A DNA stretch of 64,000 bases from an uncultured Bacillales bacterium (GTDB lineage Bacteria; Bacillota_I; Bacilli_A; RFN20; CAG-288): the NCBI GenBank assembly GCA_937874465.1, contig CALNAX010000069.1, forward strand, positions 8,669 through 72,668. The letters are read 5' to 3'. The position numbers were made by a program, and so were the translations under genes. The notes below the pieces were generated by a model, which was not told where the DNA came from, made no database searches, and worked only from the letters and a program-made list of their open reading frames with translations. Position 1 is the stretch's first letter; the number at the start of each line of letters is the position of its first letter. Positions 61,752 through 64,000 of this stretch are shown in pieces.

Positions 61752-63245
61752 TCAAAGATCGATGTCCTTCTGCGAGGCGTAGTCGACCTTGACGATCTTC
61801 ATGAAGTTGGTCTCCTTGGTGCCGACAGGGGTGCCACCGGTGATGATGATGTTGGAACCATTGGGGACGTCATAGGTGCGAGCGAGGTGCAGGGCCAACA
61901 CTTCCATCTCCTCGGTCAAAGCGGGGAGCTTCTTGACCAGCTTCGGATAGACACCCCACCAAACGATGGAGTCGTAGGCGGCATCGTAATTGTCGGTGAC
62001 GAAGATCACCGGGCACTCCGGACGGCAGTGAGAGAGCCTCTTGGCTGAATCGCCCTCGCCAGAGAAGCAGACGATCAGCTTGGCATCGGTGAGATAGGCG
62101 GCGTTGACGACGGCGTTGGCCATGGCATCGTCTTCGGTCTTGGCCGAATTCTCGAAGCCCTCGCGGGCCAATTCCTCGTAATCGAGTTCCTGCTCCATGC
62201 GGCCACAGATCTTGGCCTGCATGGTTACGGACTCCAACGGGTAGTCGCCGTTAGCGGATTCGCCGGAAAGCATGACGCCATCGGCAGACTGCAATACGGC
62301 GTTGGCAACGTCGGAGACCTCGGCGCGAGTGGGGAAGGGCGAATGCATCATCGAGTCAAGCATCTGGGTGGCGACGATCACGGGTTTGCCAAGCTTGCGG
62401 CACTCCTTGACCATCTTCATCTGGATTACGGGGACGTCCTCGGCGGGAATCTGGACGCCCATGTCGCCACGGGCGACCATCAAGCCGTCGGAATACTTGA
62501 TGACCTCCTCAAGATTCTTGATAGCCTCGGTGTTTTCGACCTTGGAGATGATCTTGATGTTGTCGCCACCGTGCTCGTGGAATATCTTACGGATGTCCTC
62601 GATATCCTTCCTGTCGCGCACGAAGGAAGCGGAGCAATAGTTGACGTGCTGCTCGCAGCCGAAGATCAGATCGCTCTTGTCCTTGGCCGAGACATAGGGC
62701 ATGGTCAAGTGGGTGTCGGGGCAGTTGACGCCACGCTCATCCTTGATGTCATCGTTGTTGGAAGCCTTGCAGACCAGCACATCGCCCTTTTCCTTGGCGG
62801 TAATGACCATGTCGAGCTTGCCATCATCCATGCGGACGTGGTCGCCGACCTTGGCATCGTTATACAGATTGGTGTAAGTGATTCCCATCCTGACGGAACC
62901 GTCGGGCTGACGGCCCCCGAGTTTGTCGTTTCCCTTGGCATCGGAAGTGCCCATCTCAAGGTAGATGACATCGCCGGTCTTGATTGCGACATGCTTGCCG
63001 ACGAACCTTCCGGTCCTGATCTCGGGCCCCTTGGTATCCAAATCGATGCCCAGGAGCTGGCCTTCCTCTTGCTCGATCTGCCTGGCTATGACGATCTTGT
63101 TGAGCTGCTCGGCATGGTCGCCGTGAGAGAAGTTAAGACGGATGACGTTCATTCCGGCTTCGAACAACTTCTTCATCATCGGCTTGTTATCGGACGAAGG
63201 TCCGATAGTAGCAATCAACTTGGTCTTCTTGAGAATCTTCTGCAT
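61752..63245 (-). CDS. pyk: pyruvate kinase
   Basis: KIIATIGPSS, NFSHG, MVARGDMGVQIP and ATQMLDSM; 497 aa. Confidence 0.96.
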   Translation of the reverse strand: MQKILKKTKLIATIGPSSDNKPMMKKLFEAGMNVIRLNFSHGDHAEQLNKIVIARQIEQEEGQLLGIDLDTKGPEIRTGRFVGKHVAIKTGDVIYLEMGTSDAKGNDKLGGRQPDGSVRMGITYTNLYNDAKVGDHVRMDDGKLDMVITAKEKGDVLVCKASNNDDIKDERGVNCPDTHLTMPYVSAKDKSDLIFGCEQHVNYCSASFVRDRKDIEDIRKIFHEHGGDNIKIISKVENTEAIKNLEEVIKYSDGLMVARGDMGVQIPAEDVPVIQMKMVKECRKLGKPVIVATQMLDSMMHSPFPTRAEVSDVANAVLQSADGVMLSGESANGDYPLESVTMQAKICGRMEQELDYEELAREGFENSAKTEDDAMANAVVNAAYLTDAKLIVCFSGEGDSAKRLSHCRPECPVIFVTDNYDAAYDSIVWWGVYPKLVKKLPALTEEMEVLALHLARTYDVPNGSNIIITGGTPVGTKETNFMKIVKVDYASQKDIDL

Positions 63246-63247
63246 GA

Positions 63248-64000
63248 TTAACTGAGAATCCTTTCCGTTGCCGCCAAATCAAGAGGCGACAGTCCTTTGT
63301 GCCCAGCCAAGACGGCATCCAATTCATCGGATACGATCTGGCCGGATCTAACGCCTACGGCCCGTCCCACCTTGCCTTCGAGTAGCAGAGACAATGCTTT
63401 GGACCCGAAGGTCAAACCCAGGATTCGGTCCTGGGGCACGGGGTTACCGCCACGCTGGACGTGGCCGAGAACCTCGCATCTGGTCTCGTACCCGGTCTCG
63501 TCAGCCAGTCTTCTGGCCAATGCCGGAACGTCCAAGAGGTTTTCGGAGGTCACCACGAGGAAGTCCCTCTTCCCCAAGGCCTTCTGGGCCTTGGCCTTGG
63601 AAATCAACTCCTCAGGCTTAAGCTCCCCACCTTGGTAGAAGATGCCATCGGCGCCGCTCGCCAGACCCGCATATAGGGCCAGGTCTCCGCAGTGGTGGCC
63701 CATGACCTGGACAATGAAGAGACGGTGGTGCGCCTCCATGGTGTCACGGATCTTGTCGATCGCCTCGATGCAATTGGAGACGGCAGTCGCAAAGCCGAGC
63801 GTGAAGTCGGTAAGGGCAATGTCGTTGTCGATGGTGCCAGGTATCCCTATCGCCGAAAAACCTTCCTTTGCCAAGGCATCCAGACCATGATAGGTGCCAT
63901 CGCCACCGACGCCGATCACCCCGCTGATCCCCAAGGCCCTCAAACGCGAAACTGTTTTTGCCCTGACCTCTGGGTCAAGGAAAGCCGGATAGCGCGAAGT
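63248..64000 (-). CDS. pfkA: ATP-dependent 6-phosphofructokinase (5' end beyond the window)
   Basis: GGDGTYHG, GIPGTIDND, MGHHCGDLAL and GHVQRGG. The frame stays open to position 64000 (..TSRYPAFLDPEVRAKTVSRLRALGISG), so the internal Met in the track is not the start. Confidence 0.93.
   Translation of the reverse strand, partial: TSRYPAFLDPEVRAKTVSRLRALGISGVIGVGGDGTYHGLDALAKEGFSAIGIPGTIDNDIALTDFTLGFATAVSNCIEAIDKIRDTMEAHHRLFIVQVMGHHCGDLALYAGLASGADGIFYQGGELKPEELISKAKAQKALGKRDFLVVTSENLLDVPALARRLADETGYETRCEVLGHVQRGGNPVPQDRILGLTFGSKALSLLLEGKVGRAVGVRSGQIVSDELDAVLAGHKGLSPLDLAATERILS

Noticed and set aside
1-64000. Search for CRISPR arrays, tRNA/rRNA genes, IS elements or transposases, integrases, toxin-antitoxin pairs and restriction-modification genes
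   Set aside because: No regularly spaced direct repeats, cloverleaf-compatible intergenic segments, rRNA-like stretches, DDE/serine/tyrosine recombinase signatures or methyltransferase motifs were seen. This was inspection by eye only, so tRNAscan-SE, Infernal and ISEScan should confirm it.

Overview
This 64-kb chromosomal window is about mid-50s % GC by eye. It uses the standard genetic code, since TGA clearly acts as a stop. The lineage looks like a Bacillota/Mollicutes-type bacterium. That inference rests on a T-box leader before valS, a Prp-processed L27 (rplU-prp-rpmA-obg), a CIRCE/HrcA-type operator before lon, and lon-engB and pfkA-pyk synteny.

I support about 50 protein genes, nearly all housekeeping:
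- Carbon metabolism: ackA, glgB-glgP, pfkA-pyk-glucokinase.
- Protein quality control, secretion and GTPases: tig, lon, engB, obg, secDF.
- Translation: valS, pheST, thrS, rplU-prp-rpmA.
- DNA repair: radC-ung-sbcDC, ruvAB, recJ.
- Other housekeeping: bcp, thyX.
- Division: ftsQ-like-ftsA-ftsZ and a truncated mraZ-rsmH-ftsL-like cluster.
- Transport and RNA: a KdgT-like permease, a DEAD-box helicase, an FtsX-type ABC pair and an MBL hydrolase.

I recognised no rRNA, tRNA, CRISPR array, transposase or clear integrase.

The items most worth a second look are:
1. An isolated ~1000-aa SF1 helicase fused to a Vsr/DUF2726-like nuclease, with an unassigned N-terminal module. It is a candidate single-gene defence or repair factor.
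2. A rifampin-phosphotransferase-like PEP-utilising dikinase translationally coupled to an unassignable 337-aa protein.
3. An FtsZ carrying an extra ~320-aa coiled-coil C-terminal domain.
4. A 57-aa double-glycine-leader-like peptide ORF whose RBS lies in the valS terminator and which abuts radC.
5. Two paralogous small proteins of unknown family.
6. Clean regulatory sites: phased MraZ boxes and a CIRCE element overlapping the tig stop and the lon promoter.

All family calls rest on motifs read by eye from the translations. No database search or computation was run. Start codons were adjusted by RBS inspection and are approximate.
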